DNA of 64,000 bases, taken from contig PJMG01000002.1 in the NCBI GenBank assembly GCA_003173895.1, forward strand, positions 26,974 to 90,973. The letters run 5' to 3'. This DNA is from Candidatus Levyibacteriota bacterium (GTDB taxonomy: Bacteria > Patescibacteriota > Microgenomatia > Levybacterales > UBA12049). Shown piece by piece: positions 46,342 through 58,987 of the stretch. Position numbers and translations under genes: made by a program. Each line of letters starts with the position of its first letter. Position 1 is the first letter of the stretch. Below the pieces are notes generated by a model, which ran no database searches, was not told the DNA's origin, and saw nothing but the letters and a program-made list of their open reading frames with translations.

Positions 46342-46413
46342 GCCGAAGTAACTCAGTGGAAGAGTAGCTCTTTCGTAAAGAGCAAGTCGTGGGTTCAAGT
46401 CCCACCTTCGGCT
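46342..46413 (+). tRNA. tRNA-Thr, anticodon CGU
   Basis: Manual cloverleaf fold. Acceptor GCCGAAG/CTTCGGC. D-stem ACTC/GAGT. Anticodon stem GCTCT/AGAGC with loop TTCGTAA. T-stem GTGGG/CCCAC with loop TTCAAGT. Discriminator U. The 3' CCA is not encoded. Confidence 0.85.
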
Positions 46414-46447
46414 CACTTAAATTTTTAAATTTTGATACAATGCATTT

Positions 46448-47161
46448 ATGAGATCACGTATTTCTGAAAATACTGAAAAGAAAGTTAAAACCCGATTAGT
46501 TTTGACAGTATTGGGAACAATTATTATATTATTTTTAATTTTTAGATATGGAGTAAACGCTTTAATAAATTTTAGCCTATTCTTAAGTAATAGAAATTCT
46601 GCTGTACAAAATGGAAATTCTGGTCAAACAAATAATCAATTTATTTCTGCTCCCATTTTAGATGTTTCTCAAACAGCTACTAATAGTGCTTCTATTGAAA
46701 TAAAAGGAAGTGCGCAAGCAAATATTAAAATTTTACTTTTCAAAAATAATTCTCAAGTCGATCAGACTACTTCAGATAATAATGGAAGTTTTACTTTTAA
46801 AAATGAAAATTTAGATAAGGGTACTAATAATTTTACTGCTCAAGCACAAGTTAATAATTCAAAAAGTTCTTTTTCAGATCCTGCTACTGTTACCTATTCT
46901 GATTCTGCACCAAATCTAACTATTTCTAATCCATCGGACAATGCTACTTTTTCTCATGACCAAAATCCAATACAAGTTACAGGAAAAACTGATTCAAATG
47001 TAAATGTAACAGTTAATGGTTTTATAGCTCAAACAGATTTAAATGGTAACTTTTCTTATACTTTAAATTTAAATAATGGAAATAATGGAATCACTGTAGA
47101 TGCTGTAGATCAAGCAGGTAATAAAACTGAAAAAACTATTCACGTGAATTATAATCAATAA
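46448..47161 (+). CDS. Membrane-anchored surface protein with two Ig-like (Big-type) repeats
   Basis: N-terminal TM segment LVLTVLGTIIILFLIF. Two Ser/Thr/Asn-rich beta-rich repeats of about 80 aa follow (IEIKGSAQANIKILLF... and IQVTGKTDSNVNVTVNGF...). Confidence 0.4.
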   Translation: MRSRISENTEKKVKTRLVLTVLGTIIILFLIFRYGVNALINFSLFLSNRNSAVQNGNSGQTNNQFISAPILDVSQTATNSASIEIKGSAQANIKILLFKNNSQVDQTTSDNNGSFTFKNENLDKGTNNFTAQAQVNNSKSSFSDPATVTYSDSAPNLTISNPSDNATFSHDQNPIQVTGKTDSNVNVTVNGFIAQTDLNGNFSYTLNLNNGNNGITVDAVDQAGNKTEKTIHVNYNQ

Positions 47162-48353
47162 TCACTACTAAACTCCAGGTCCACACCATAATGGGGGGAT
47201 AAAAAAGAGCATTTACAAAAAGGCTTCCAATAAAAACAGTTAATATACTACAGAAAATAAACTTGTTGTCATTGTGATAATTTGACTGTTTTGAGTTTAT
47301 TGTCAAGGAACTTTTCCAGAATTTTTGCAATAACTTCTTGAACAAAAGTAAATAAAAAAACAATCCAATAACTCCAGTCGTTGCTAGTATAAAAATAAAA
47401 CTATTATCTGTCCCTGCTCCAGCATGAGAAATATCAGAGTTATTTTTTAAAAATCCTAATTTTTCTTGTTCATATCTATAAGTATTAAAACCAATACCCC
47501 AAATCGGACTTTTAGAAAATATAGTAAAAGCATGATTCAAGGAAATAAATCTTTGACTAATAGAATAAGTTCTTAATAAGTTTATTGGTTCTAGTTTAGA
47601 ATTAGTAAAAAATGCAGCAAATAATATAAAAAATAATATGAAAATTCCAAGTAAATATTTATAAATTTTATTTTTCGATATAAAAACTAAAATTATTAAA
47701 CTAATAAAAAATGCTATAAATGCTCCTCTGGAATAGGTTAAAAGTAATGATATAAATGAGATAATAATACTAATAGGAATAATTATATTTATTTTTTTAT
47801 TTCTCTTTTTAAAAAATGTAAATAAATAAATAATAAACGAAGCGATAAAAACTCCTGCAAAATCTGGATCTAAAAATGTAGAAAACAATCTGTATAAATG
47901 ATCATCCCAACCTAAATAATAAAGATTTCTTAAATTTGGATATAAAATATATTGTAAAAATCCTAATACTATAAAACTTATTCCCCAGATGAACAAAGAA
48001 TTAATTAAGAGTTTTTTATTTTTAATCCATAATTTTTTGGCTAAAAAATAAATGCTGAAATATGAAATAAAACGCCATAAATAAAGTGACGAAATTAAAA
48101 TTTGATTTACAGTAAAATTTCTAAGATTTAAGAGTAATGATAAAAAGCAAATACCTATAAAAAATAAAAAATATTTTAAATTAGAGAAAATTTGATCATT
48201 TTTGTTTTTAACATACAAAAATATCACATAAATTAATGAAAAAAAAGAAACTATATCTAAAAGGGATATTCCGATAGAATTACCTAAATAAATTCTGGTT
48301 AATTCGCCTAAAATCGACGAAACAATAATTGATAAAAAAATAACTTTCCTCAT
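47136..48353 (-). CDS. O-antigen ligase/polymerase-like (Wzy_C domain) membrane protein
   Basis: About 11 TM helices. TYSRGAFIAFFISL resembles the Wzy_C core. Confidence 0.45.
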   Translation of the reverse strand: MRKVIFLSIIVSSILGELTRIYLGNSIGISLLDIVSFFSLIYVIFLYVKNKNDQIFSNLKYFLFFIGICFLSLLLNLRNFTVNQILISSLYLWRFISYFSIYFLAKKLWIKNKKLLINSLFIWGISFIVLGFLQYILYPNLRNLYYLGWDDHLYRLFSTFLDPDFAGVFIASFIIYLFTFFKKRNKKINIIIPISIIISFISLLLTYSRGAFIAFFISLIILVFISKNKIYKYLLGIFILFFILFAAFFTNSKLEPINLLRTYSISQRFISLNHAFTIFSKSPIWGIGFNTYRYEQEKLGFLKNNSDISHAGAGTDNSFIFILATTGVIGLFFYLLLFKKLLQKFWKSSLTINSKQSNYHNDNKFIFCSILTVFIGSLFVNALFYPPIMVWTWSLVVIIDYNSRE

Positions 48354-48380
48354 AACTTTCTGTGAATCGTCAACTATACA

Positions 48381-49967
48381 CTATTTCTTATATAGTTTAA
48401 CATGAGTGACATTATTTTGATAAATTATTCTCCAATTTTTATATTTATTAGGTAAATTAGAATTCTGTGTTGCTATATAATTAAATTTATCCGAAGGCTT
48501 TAAAAATGATTGGTCAATAAATGGAAAATCCACATAATATTCGTTATGAAAACCAATTAATAACACTTTATCTTTAACTTTTATATGATTTTTAAAAAAA
48601 TTAGCGCAATCATAAAAATCACCAAAATTTAAATTTAAATTTTTGCATAAAAATTCTACTTTAGTCTCCTTAGCTAAAATCACGGGTAAATATTTATAAT
48701 TAGCGCCAAATCTAAAAATAATTGAAATAATAATAGCTAAAATAACAACAGTGATTAAAACTGTAGTTTCAAATTTCTGTTTCTTATAGAAATCAATTAA
48801 AATAGCACAAACTATAGAAAAAATTCCAGTAAATGGTAATATGAAACGTCCCCCACCAGTAAGTGGTGTAAAATACCAAGAAAAATAAATTATTATTGAT
48901 AATAATAACAAATAGAATTTCCCTTCTTTAAATTTTTTAATATTAATAAAAACAAGTGGAATAAATATTAAAAATATTGGAGACAAAGGGTCGGGGCTAG
49001 CGGTAAAAATTTTCCAAGTGATTTCTATAAAAAATAAAGGATTAAAAATACTCCAAGAATAGCCGCTGGGATAAAGCTTAGTTAGGAATGGATACATGGG
49101 ATTTCCTGTGGAAATATACGAAAAAATAAACCAAGGTAGTGGAATTAGAAAAACTACAAGGTTATAAAGTAATAAATTTTTAGTTACAAATTTACTCTGG
49201 TAAGAATTTTTTACATAAAATATTATTAAAAAAATATTTATTCCTACTAAATCAAATACAGAAATTAATTTAGTACTAATTGCTAAGCCAGTCAAAATAG
49301 ATGATTTCATTAAATCAATAACATTTCTATTTTTAGCAAAATGCAATAAATAATAAAAACTTAGAACTTCAAAAAAAGTTCTTATTAAATCTACATATGC
49401 TGTTATTTGTAACCAATCAAATGCTAGGGAGGATGAAAAAATAATACAAGCTATAATCGATAATTTTTTGGGTAAATATAATCTGCCAATTTTATAAATT
49501 ACTAAAATCGTCAATAGTCCAAATATAAAATGGAATAGTTTAGCATATATCTCTGAACCAAATGATATAAATGCAGCATATATCATTTCTGTAAATTTAG
49601 GCATTACAGAATAATAAAAAAGTCCTCCAGGAATAAAAAATATTTTATGGTTTAGAAGATAAATTTTAGGTAAAGTTAAATGGTACCATAATGCGTCAAA
49701 AGAAAGTTCTGGACCAAGCGCACCAATTAAATTAACCAATTGCTGTAATATCAGTAAACTCAAACTTAATATTATTACTTTGTCATTCTGAACTAAATGA
49801 AGAATCTCGTTCTTATTATTTAATAAATTTTTAATCAAAATTCCAACTGACAATATAATATAAATTAAAGATAAAATAATTAAAATTTGTTTATATAAAA
49901 ATCCAAAAATTCCTAGAGAAAAAATTATGTAGGAGAATATACCAGTAAGAATAGCAAATGTAAACAT
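48381..49967 (-). CDS. GT-C fold membrane glycosyltransferase (PMT_2/ArnT-like)
   Basis: 528 aa with 12+ TM helices. The N-terminal periplasmic loop GPELSFDALWYHLTLPKIY is like PMT_2. Confidence 0.45.
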   Translation of the reverse strand: MFTFAILTGIFSYIIFSLGIFGFLYKQILIILSLIYIILSVGILIKNLLNNKNEILHLVQNDKVIILSLSLLILQQLVNLIGALGPELSFDALWYHLTLPKIYLLNHKIFFIPGGLFYYSVMPKFTEMIYAAFISFGSEIYAKLFHFIFGLLTILVIYKIGRLYLPKKLSIIACIIFSSSLAFDWLQITAYVDLIRTFFEVLSFYYLLHFAKNRNVIDLMKSSILTGLAISTKLISVFDLVGINIFLIIFYVKNSYQSKFVTKNLLLYNLVVFLIPLPWFIFSYISTGNPMYPFLTKLYPSGYSWSIFNPLFFIEITWKIFTASPDPLSPIFLIFIPLVFINIKKFKEGKFYLLLLSIIIYFSWYFTPLTGGGRFILPFTGIFSIVCAILIDFYKKQKFETTVLITVVILAIIISIIFRFGANYKYLPVILAKETKVEFLCKNLNLNFGDFYDCANFFKNHIKVKDKVLLIGFHNEYYVDFPFIDQSFLKPSDKFNYIATQNSNLPNKYKNWRIIYQNNVTHVKLYKK

Positions 49968-50074
49968 TATTTAACTCTTTGAAGCAATTGATAAAAATAA
50001 TTTATAAAAACAAAAATTATCCAAATTGTTAACAATACTTTAAGATTTACCTTTCTTAATTCTTGATTCATACT

Positions 50075-50824
50075 TCATGATTCCGAATTTAGTTGCCAAA
50101 GTTTACCTCGTACTAAAAATGAATGAAAACTCATCATAATTGCAAAAACTAAACCGATCTCTCCATCTTTATATCCTTCCTTTATGAAAAAATTCTGAAA
50201 AAATTTTCCGACAGGATAAGCTATTATTTCAAAAACATTAGTTTTTTTATTTGAATCAAAAAGTTCTTGTGCTCTAATAGAACTATAAAAATTTACTGCT
50301 GATAAAAATTCTGAGACTGTTGGGTGAGGGTAGTGGTAAATAGGATTTTTTAACTCCCCTACTTCTCCATCTACTAACATTTTTTCATGTACATTACCAA
50401 TCCATGATGCTTTGTTTTTACGAGCTAAACGCAATAATTTTAAATCTTTAATTTCTCCATGTGATATTTCTCCTCCCCAAATAAAATCTACCCTCTTAAA
50501 GTAAAATCCATTAAAATTGGTATATTTAATCTTTTCTAATATTTCATCTTTTAACCGCATAGAAATTTCTTCATCAGCATCTAGAAATAAAACATAATCC
50601 ATAGTAGCTTTAGAAATAGCGAAATTTCTTTGAAGGGAAAAATTTTTTTCTAGTTTCCTTTTATATATTTTCTTGGTAAACTTTTTAGCTATCTCTATAG
50701 TTCTATCTTCTGAATAATCGTCGATAATAATTATTTCATCGCAGAAAGCTAAACTATTCAGACATTTTTCTACATTTTTTTCTTCATTTTTAGTTATAAC
50801 AATTCCCGAAATACTTGACCTCAT
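50075..50824 (-). CDS. GT2 glycosyltransferase
   Basis: ISGIVITKNEEKNVEKCLNSL...IIIDDYSEDRT and a DADE motif. Confidence 0.65.
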   Translation of the reverse strand: MRSSISGIVITKNEEKNVEKCLNSLAFCDEIIIIDDYSEDRTIEIAKKFTKKIYKRKLEKNFSLQRNFAISKATMDYVLFLDADEEISMRLKDEILEKIKYTNFNGFYFKRVDFIWGGEISHGEIKDLKLLRLARKNKASWIGNVHEKMLVDGEVGELKNPIYHYPHPTVSEFLSAVNFYSSIRAQELFDSNKKTNVFEIIAYPVGKFFQNFFIKEGYKDGEIGLVFAIMMSFHSFLVRGKLWQLNSES

Positions 50825-51016
50825 AAAATGATTTTAACATATTCCATACTAATTTCTTATCTGAATTTTTGCTGATTTTAATATTAGAGGTCTATTATAA
50901 ATTTATTATGACTACAAGAACATATTTTTCACAGAGTATTAAATATATTTTTAAAGAAGTTGAAATGATTTTTCAAGCGTGGTTTTTCGTTTTGACAGTT
51001 AAAATTTGATGAAAAT

Positions 51017-51421
51017 TTACCTTTTATATTTTTGAGCAATTTTTATCTGTAATAATGATCGACGTAGTTCTCCTTCAATTTCAGCTATTTCTTCCGCAGA
51101 AAGATTTTGTTTTAATTTTTCCTCTGCTCTTCTTTTAGCTTCTTCCGCCGCGGCTACACTAATATCTTTACCATGAACAGCGAAATCTGCCAATATAGTA
51201 GTAGATTTCTGAGAAACGTCTAAAAAACCACCTTCTACTGCGAAGTGTTCTGTTTTACCATTTATATTTAAAATAATTTCTCCTCCCTGGAGCTGTGTAA
51301 AAACAGGAACATGATTAGGTAAAATAGTTACTTCCCCACCAATAGTAGGGATGGTAGCTTCGGAAACTTCGTTATCAAAAATAGTTTTTTCTGGAGTAAT
51401 TATGCTTAAATGAAAAGTCAT
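51017..51421 (-). CDS. atpC: F1 ATP synthase epsilon subunit
   Basis: LSIITPEKTIFDNEVSEATIPTIGGEVTILPNHVP. Sits at the operon end. Confidence 0.8.
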   Translation of the reverse strand: MTFHLSIITPEKTIFDNEVSEATIPTIGGEVTILPNHVPVFTQLQGGEIILNINGKTEHFAVEGGFLDVSQKSTTILADFAVHGKDISVAAAEEAKRRAEEKLKQNLSAEEIAEIEGELRRSLLQIKIAQKYKR

Positions 51422-51430
51422 ACCAAAGAA

Positions 51431-53723
<2,293 letters not shown>

Positions 53724-53732
53724 ACGATTTTA

Positions 53733-55280
53733 TCAACTAAACGTTTTCTTAAATTGTTCTGTTGCTTTTTTAAGCAGTTCATTAACTTCTGGTGTTAATT
53801 TTTTACCAGTTTCTATTTCTGCTATTATTTTTTTGTTATGAGATCTCATAAAATTATGATATTTTTCTTCAAAAGCTGAAATTCTCTCTACTGCTATATC
53901 ATCTAGATGACCATTCGTAGCAGCCCAAATAGAAAGTACTTCATCAACTTCATCAAGAGGCTGATACTGTGGTTGAATTAAAATTTGAGATAATCTTTTA
54001 CCACGATCTAACTGTTTTTGTGTTGCTGCATCTAAATCTGACCCAAATTGTGCGAAAGCTGCTAATTCTCGATATTGTGCTAAATCTAATTTAATTCTAC
54101 CTGCTACAGATTTCATCGCACCAGTTTGAGCTGCTCCACCTACACGAGAGACTGAATTTCCTACATCCACTGCTGGTCTAGTTCCACTATTAAATAAATC
54201 ACTCTTTAAGAAAATTTGACCATCTGTAATAGAAATAACATTAGTCGGAATGTATGCAGAGATATCATCAGCTTGAGTTTCTATAACAGGAAGTGCAGTG
54301 ATAGAACCTCCACCATGTTCATCATTTAATTTAACAGCTCTTTCTAACAATCTACTATGAATATAAAAAATATCACCAGGATAAGCCTCACGGCCTGCTG
54401 GACGTTTAAGCGTTAAAGAAATTTGTCTATAAGCCCAAGCATGTTTAGTTAAATCATCATAAATAATTAATACATCCTCACCTTGTTCCATGAAATATTC
54501 TGCCACAGCTACTCCTGCATAAGGAGCTAAATATAAAAGTGCTGCTGGATCTGATGCTGTAGCACTAACGATTACTGTATAATCCAATGCTCCTGTTTCA
54601 GAAAGTTTATTAACTATTTGAGCTACACTACTTTGTTTCTGACCAATGGCTACATAAATACAAATTACTCTTTTTAACTTTTTTCCGCCGGCTGGCGGAT
54701 TTTTAGCTGTATCGTTTTGAGTTTTTTGATTAATAATAGTATCTATAGCTATAGCTGTTTTACCTAAGCCTCTATCACCGATAATTAACTCTCTTTGTCC
54801 TCGACCAATTGGGATCAATGAGTCAATGGCTTTAATTCCAGTTTTAAGTGGAGTATCTACACTTTTTCGTTCTACTATTCCTGGAGCAATTTTTTCCAGT
54901 AACATATCTTTACCTTTTTTCGGTGCTGGTTTACCATCTAAAGCATCACCAATAGGATTTACTACACGACCTAATAAATCATTTGAAGCATTAATCTTTA
55001 AAATATTTCCTGTAGTTTTAACTGTTTGTCCTTCTCTAATATTTGTAGATTTTCCCAAAAGAATAATACCTACACTATCTTCATCCAAATTAATAATAAA
55101 TCCTTTAGTTTTATCCTCGAAAATAACCTCCTCACCCATGAGGGCTTTAGACAGTCCTGAAGCGCTAATCACATCATCAGTTACCTTTTCAACTGTTCCT
55201 ATATTTTCTACTTTAGGATCTGTAGATAAACGTGATAACTTATTTTCTAGTTTTTTTATAATTTCATCAGAATTAATCAT
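53733..55280 (-). CDS. atpA: F1 ATP synthase alpha subunit
   Basis: P-loop GDRGLGKTAIAIDTI. Conserved over the full length. Confidence 0.95.
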   Translation of the reverse strand: MINSDEIIKKLENKLSRLSTDPKVENIGTVEKVTDDVISASGLSKALMGEEVIFEDKTKGFIINLDEDSVGIILLGKSTNIREGQTVKTTGNILKINASNDLLGRVVNPIGDALDGKPAPKKGKDMLLEKIAPGIVERKSVDTPLKTGIKAIDSLIPIGRGQRELIIGDRGLGKTAIAIDTIINQKTQNDTAKNPPAGGKKLKRVICIYVAIGQKQSSVAQIVNKLSETGALDYTVIVSATASDPAALLYLAPYAGVAVAEYFMEQGEDVLIIYDDLTKHAWAYRQISLTLKRPAGREAYPGDIFYIHSRLLERAVKLNDEHGGGSITALPVIETQADDISAYIPTNVISITDGQIFLKSDLFNSGTRPAVDVGNSVSRVGGAAQTGAMKSVAGRIKLDLAQYRELAAFAQFGSDLDAATQKQLDRGKRLSQILIQPQYQPLDEVDEVLSIWAATNGHLDDIAVERISAFEEKYHNFMRSHNKKIIAEIETGKKLTPEVNELLKKATEQFKKTFS

Positions 55281-55632
55281 AATTTTCGTCTATAAAATCT
55301 AAAAAATCATCTAATTTGCGCTCCAAAGAAAAATCATAGACCATGTCGGCATATTTTATCTTCGCACCTAACATTAAAAGCTTATTTTCCTCTATATGAA
55401 TATCCTTGTCTGGAAAAATATCTAAAAATAGTTGTTTGGACTTATTATAAATTGAAGCTCGAGGGATCGCAATATGTACTTTCTTTTTATCTTCCTGCAT
55501 TTTTAATTCTTTAATATATTTTTTTAGTTCACTTCGAGGTAAAAGTGAAGCAATTTTATTCACCTTTTTATCATCTAAGTTTTTTTTAGTATAACTAGCT
55601 TGTACTAAATCTTTTATATCTTTCTTTGTCAT
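55273..55632 (-). CDS. atpH: Very short (119 aa) delta/OSCP-like subunit
   Basis: Sits between atpF and atpA. C-terminal LGAKIKYADMVYDFSLERKL resembles the OSCP C-terminal motif. It appears to lack the N-terminal helical domain. Confidence 0.45.
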   Translation of the reverse strand: MTKKDIKDLVQASYTKKNLDDKKVNKIASLLPRSELKKYIKELKMQEDKKKVHIAIPRASIYNKSKQLFLDIFPDKDIHIEENKLLMLGAKIKYADMVYDFSLERKLDDFLDFIDENYD

Positions 55633-55636
55633 AGAT

Positions 55637-56140
55637 TCAATTCTTAATTTTATTCTCTTTTAAGAATTTATCGATAGCATTTTTTTGTAATTCTTCTGAG
55701 ATAGTGCTGGTAAGAGCTTTTTTTAATACTTCTACAGCTAAAGCATAAGTTTTAGCAGCTAATCTTTTTTCTGTTTCTCTATACTCTACTTGGATCTGAG
55801 CTTTCGCATCGATAATTAATTTTTCAGCGTCTGCCTTAGCATCAGCTTTAGCTTTTTCTATCATCATTAATGCTTCTTTCTTAGCATCACTTAAAATAGA
55901 ATCAGCATTTTTCTCTGCAGCTTTTAATATGTCTTTTTCCTTAACTAGAGCATTATCTAAAATTTTTTGTCCTGCTTTAGCATTTTCTAATCCTTCAGCG
56001 ATAGTTTTTCTTCTATCTTCTAACATTTTTAGGATAGGTTTATATGCAAACCTTTTTAAAAGATAAAAAAGTATTAAAAAATTAATTATTTGTGCGACTA
56101 GTAAATATGGATTTATTCCAAAACTTTTTATTATTTCCAT
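55637..56140 (-). CDS. atpF: Fo ATP synthase subunit b
   Basis: Single N-terminal TM helix followed by a long charged Ala/Lys/Glu-rich helix. Confidence 0.6.
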   Translation of the reverse strand: MEIIKSFGINPYLLVAQIINFLILFYLLKRFAYKPILKMLEDRRKTIAEGLENAKAGQKILDNALVKEKDILKAAEKNADSILSDAKKEALMMIEKAKADAKADAEKLIIDAKAQIQVEYRETEKRLAAKTYALAVEVLKKALTSTISEELQKNAIDKFLKENKIKN

Positions 56141-56258
56141 AATATTTTAATTTAAAATGCAAAATGCAAAAGTCACTTTATCATCCTGAGTGAAACGAAG
56201 GATCCTTTCGCTTTACTAATTCCGATGGGATTCTTCGCTCTGCTCAGAATGACATATG

Positions 56259-56468
<210 letters not shown>

Positions 56469-56494
56469 TTATAAATTCACCTCCTTTAATTTAA

Positions 56495-57214
56495 TCAATG
56501 TGCTTCTTCTTTATGACTAGTCATAAGAATAGACATAAAAGCCATGGTTAACATAGAAAAAACAAGCGCTTGAACTACTCCCACTATAACTTCTAGAGCT
56601 AAAAAAGGCAAGGGGGCTATAAATGCAAAAATGCTAGAAATAGTTGATATAACTATCTCTCCTGCAAATACATTTCCAAAAAGTCGGAAAGATAAAGAAA
56701 CTACTTTAGTAAATTCACCAACTAATTCTAAAAATCCTACAAATAAATATAATGGATTAAATGAAAAATAACGTGATAAATATTCTTTTATTCCTACCGT
56801 TTGAATTGCTAAAATATGAGTAGCCACTGCCGAAACTAGAGCTAATCCCAAAGTCGTATTTATATCACTGGTAGTTGCTCTAAGAAGTGGCGTAAATTCT
56901 TTGCCATGAAAAAATCCTATCGTGGCAAATCCAGGTAAGAGTCCACTTAAATTAGCTAGAATTATAACTAAGAAAAATGAAGCGAAATATGGAAAAATTT
57001 TATTTACATTTTTAGGTGAAATACTAGCAGTTAAAGAATAAAACCCATCGATAATATACTCAACCATATTTTGGAAAAATCCTGGCGTTTTTTTCAGATG
57101 TCTTAACCCAAAGAGTCCTGCAATAATTAACAAATCAACAATTAGAGTATCCAACAATGTATTAGTAAATGGGAATGCACCTATGTAAAATAGTGGTTCT
57201 CCTGCGAAATTCAT
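56495..57214 (-). CDS. atpB: Fo ATP synthase subunit a
   Basis: Conserved Arg in LSFRLFGNVFAGE. 5-6 TM helices. Confidence 0.8.
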   Translation of the reverse strand: MNFAGEPLFYIGAFPFTNTLLDTLIVDLLIIAGLFGLRHLKKTPGFFQNMVEYIIDGFYSLTASISPKNVNKIFPYFASFFLVIILANLSGLLPGFATIGFFHGKEFTPLLRATTSDINTTLGLALVSAVATHILAIQTVGIKEYLSRYFSFNPLYLFVGFLELVGEFTKVVSLSFRLFGNVFAGEIVISTISSIFAFIAPLPFLALEVIVGVVQALVFSMLTMAFMSILMTSHKEEAH

Positions 57215-57247
57215 TAAGCTTATTTTACTTGAAATTATATTTTTCCG

Positions 57248-58573
57248 TCAATGGAGAAGTTGTTTAATTACTTTTATTTTCTCTCTAACTTCTGCTAATT
57301 TCTTCTCATCCTCACGTAAAAGTTGAACTACTTCTGCTGCTAGTACAGCTTCTTTTTCATCAATATAGATCATAGGAGATGTACCTATTTGAAGACCAAA
57401 ATGAATTTGTACATTATTATCTTTATTTAAAAATGGTAAATATGACGCTACTGCTCCATTTAATTCGTAATGACCTTTATTAGGAATATCCGTATCCTCA
57501 TCTTTATTTTTGGCTAATTGAAAGTGTAAATGTCCATAAATAATTTGAGAAATTTCTAAATTAGACTCTGTTAATAGTTTTATTAGGTATTGAGTTCCAT
57601 AGATTACTTTTTGATGCTCACTAGCTTTATTAAAATCAAAATTTTCATCAGGATTTGCTTGATTATGCATTTTTCCATCTGGTTCAGCGTGAGTTATAAT
57701 TTGAATTTTTTTACCTTTTTCCCTTGCCACTTTTGCTTTATTTAAAAGATTGATAATTTTTTCGTCCTTAGCTAATTCTTCATCAGATGATCTAGCTAAT
57801 CTTACTTGTTCAGAATATGGAAGATAAATATTAAAATAATTTTCATCTTTCTCACCTTTTAAGTCATCTATAACATCTGCACCTGCCGGAGATAAAAAAT
57901 TTTTAATATTAATTCTCACATCAGCTGGTAATAAAACGGCACTATTTAATCTTTCATTATCACTGTCTGGTTTAAGTTCTGTAGGGATTCCACCTTCTTT
58001 ACCTTCCCAATTTCCTAAAATTACTTTTACATTATTACCATTTGCTATTAAATCTGTAAGTAATTGACCAAATTTATTTGCATTATAAATAACTTCGTCT
58101 TTAAATTTAACTTTTATATCTTCAGGTAAATTAGAAAGCCAATGGCCGTAATTTTGTCTAGAAAGAGCATCTATAACATAATCTGTAGCAGTTTCTATAT
58201 TAAATTCTTCTGGTTTATCCAGAAGTACCTGCATTGCTGATTGGAGATTATCATATGCTGTTCTGACTTTAGAGTCTGTTTTAGAAAGTTCTTCTTTAAG
58301 AGTTTCTAAACTAGTCGATGGATTTATACCTGATCTTTTAGTAAGAGTGTAATAGAGATCTTGCATTTGTATTAATCTAGCTGAGCCTAAAATATCACCT
58401 ATAAAAGTTATTTGCGTATCATGTAATTTAAGAAGTGGAGATAATTGATCTATCTGTCCATGCACGTCACTCACGAAAACTCTAACTTGTCCTTTTGGAA
58501 TTTGTAGTTTTTCTGCCTTTGGATCTAATCCAATAGTATCTGCAGAAGTAGGTGTAAATAGTTTTTCCGTCAT
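57248..58573 (-). CDS. Calcineurin-like metallophosphoesterase family protein
   Basis: Motif I VSDVHG. Motif II IGDILG. Motif III variant LGNWEG. Motif V IYGHLHF. Confidence 0.5.
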   Translation of the reverse strand: MTEKLFTPTSADTIGLDPKAEKLQIPKGQVRVFVSDVHGQIDQLSPLLKLHDTQITFIGDILGSARLIQMQDLYYTLTKRSGINPSTSLETLKEELSKTDSKVRTAYDNLQSAMQVLLDKPEEFNIETATDYVIDALSRQNYGHWLSNLPEDIKVKFKDEVIYNANKFGQLLTDLIANGNNVKVILGNWEGKEGGIPTELKPDSDNERLNSAVLLPADVRINIKNFLSPAGADVIDDLKGEKDENYFNIYLPYSEQVRLARSSDEELAKDEKIINLLNKAKVAREKGKKIQIITHAEPDGKMHNQANPDENFDFNKASEHQKVIYGTQYLIKLLTESNLEISQIIYGHLHFQLAKNKDEDTDIPNKGHYELNGAVASYLPFLNKDNNVQIHFGLQIGTSPMIYIDEKEAVLAAEVVQLLREDEKKLAEVREKIKVIKQLLH

Positions 58574-58634
58574 TAGAATATTATAAGATGATTTATGACA
58601 ATTAACAACTCAGAATAAAATAGAAAATTAGAAG

Positions 58635-58904
58635 TTATTTATCGTGGAAAACTGGTAAACCTCTATCACTTTTTGCTTGTTCTTTATTCATACGCTCCCA
58701 TCCTTTATCACTAATTTTATTTTCTCTTTTTAGTAATCTTAGGGTGCGTCTGCCACCATTGACCAAAGATAATGCTCTTTCTATTCCTTCAAGAATTGCT
58801 AAATTAAATTTTTCTGCTGGAGAAAGGTAATCATATGCACCACGAATTGGTTTTACTTCTGGTGTAGCTGCTGGTTGTGCGTTATCAAACTCTATAGCTG
58901 CCAT
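58635..58904 (-). CDS. Hypothetical small protein (89 aa)
   Basis: ORF with non-low-complexity sequence and higher GC than the glycan loci. Confidence 0.25.
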   Translation of the reverse strand: MAAIEFDNAQPAATPEVKPIRGAYDYLSPAEKFNLAILEGIERALSLVNGGRRTLRLLKRENKISDKGWERMNKEQAKSDRGLPVFHDK

Positions 58905-58987
58905 ATATTGTGTTTATACAGTAACACATCTTATAATAAATGTCAAGATAACTATCTTTTTTTTATATTTTTTGTTATCATCAATTT

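Noticed and set aside
50908-51009. 33-aa ORF (MTTRTYFSQSIKYIFKEVEMIFQAWFFVLTVKI) in the spacer between atpC and the GT2 gene
   Set aside because: It is too short and lacks support. The region more likely holds the atp operon terminator and the downstream promoter.
56141-56258. Missing atpF' / second b subunit or an atpI gene in the atpE-atpF spacer
   Set aside because: No ORF of meaningful length on the minus strand in this spacer. It is kept only as a possible RNA structure (see findings).
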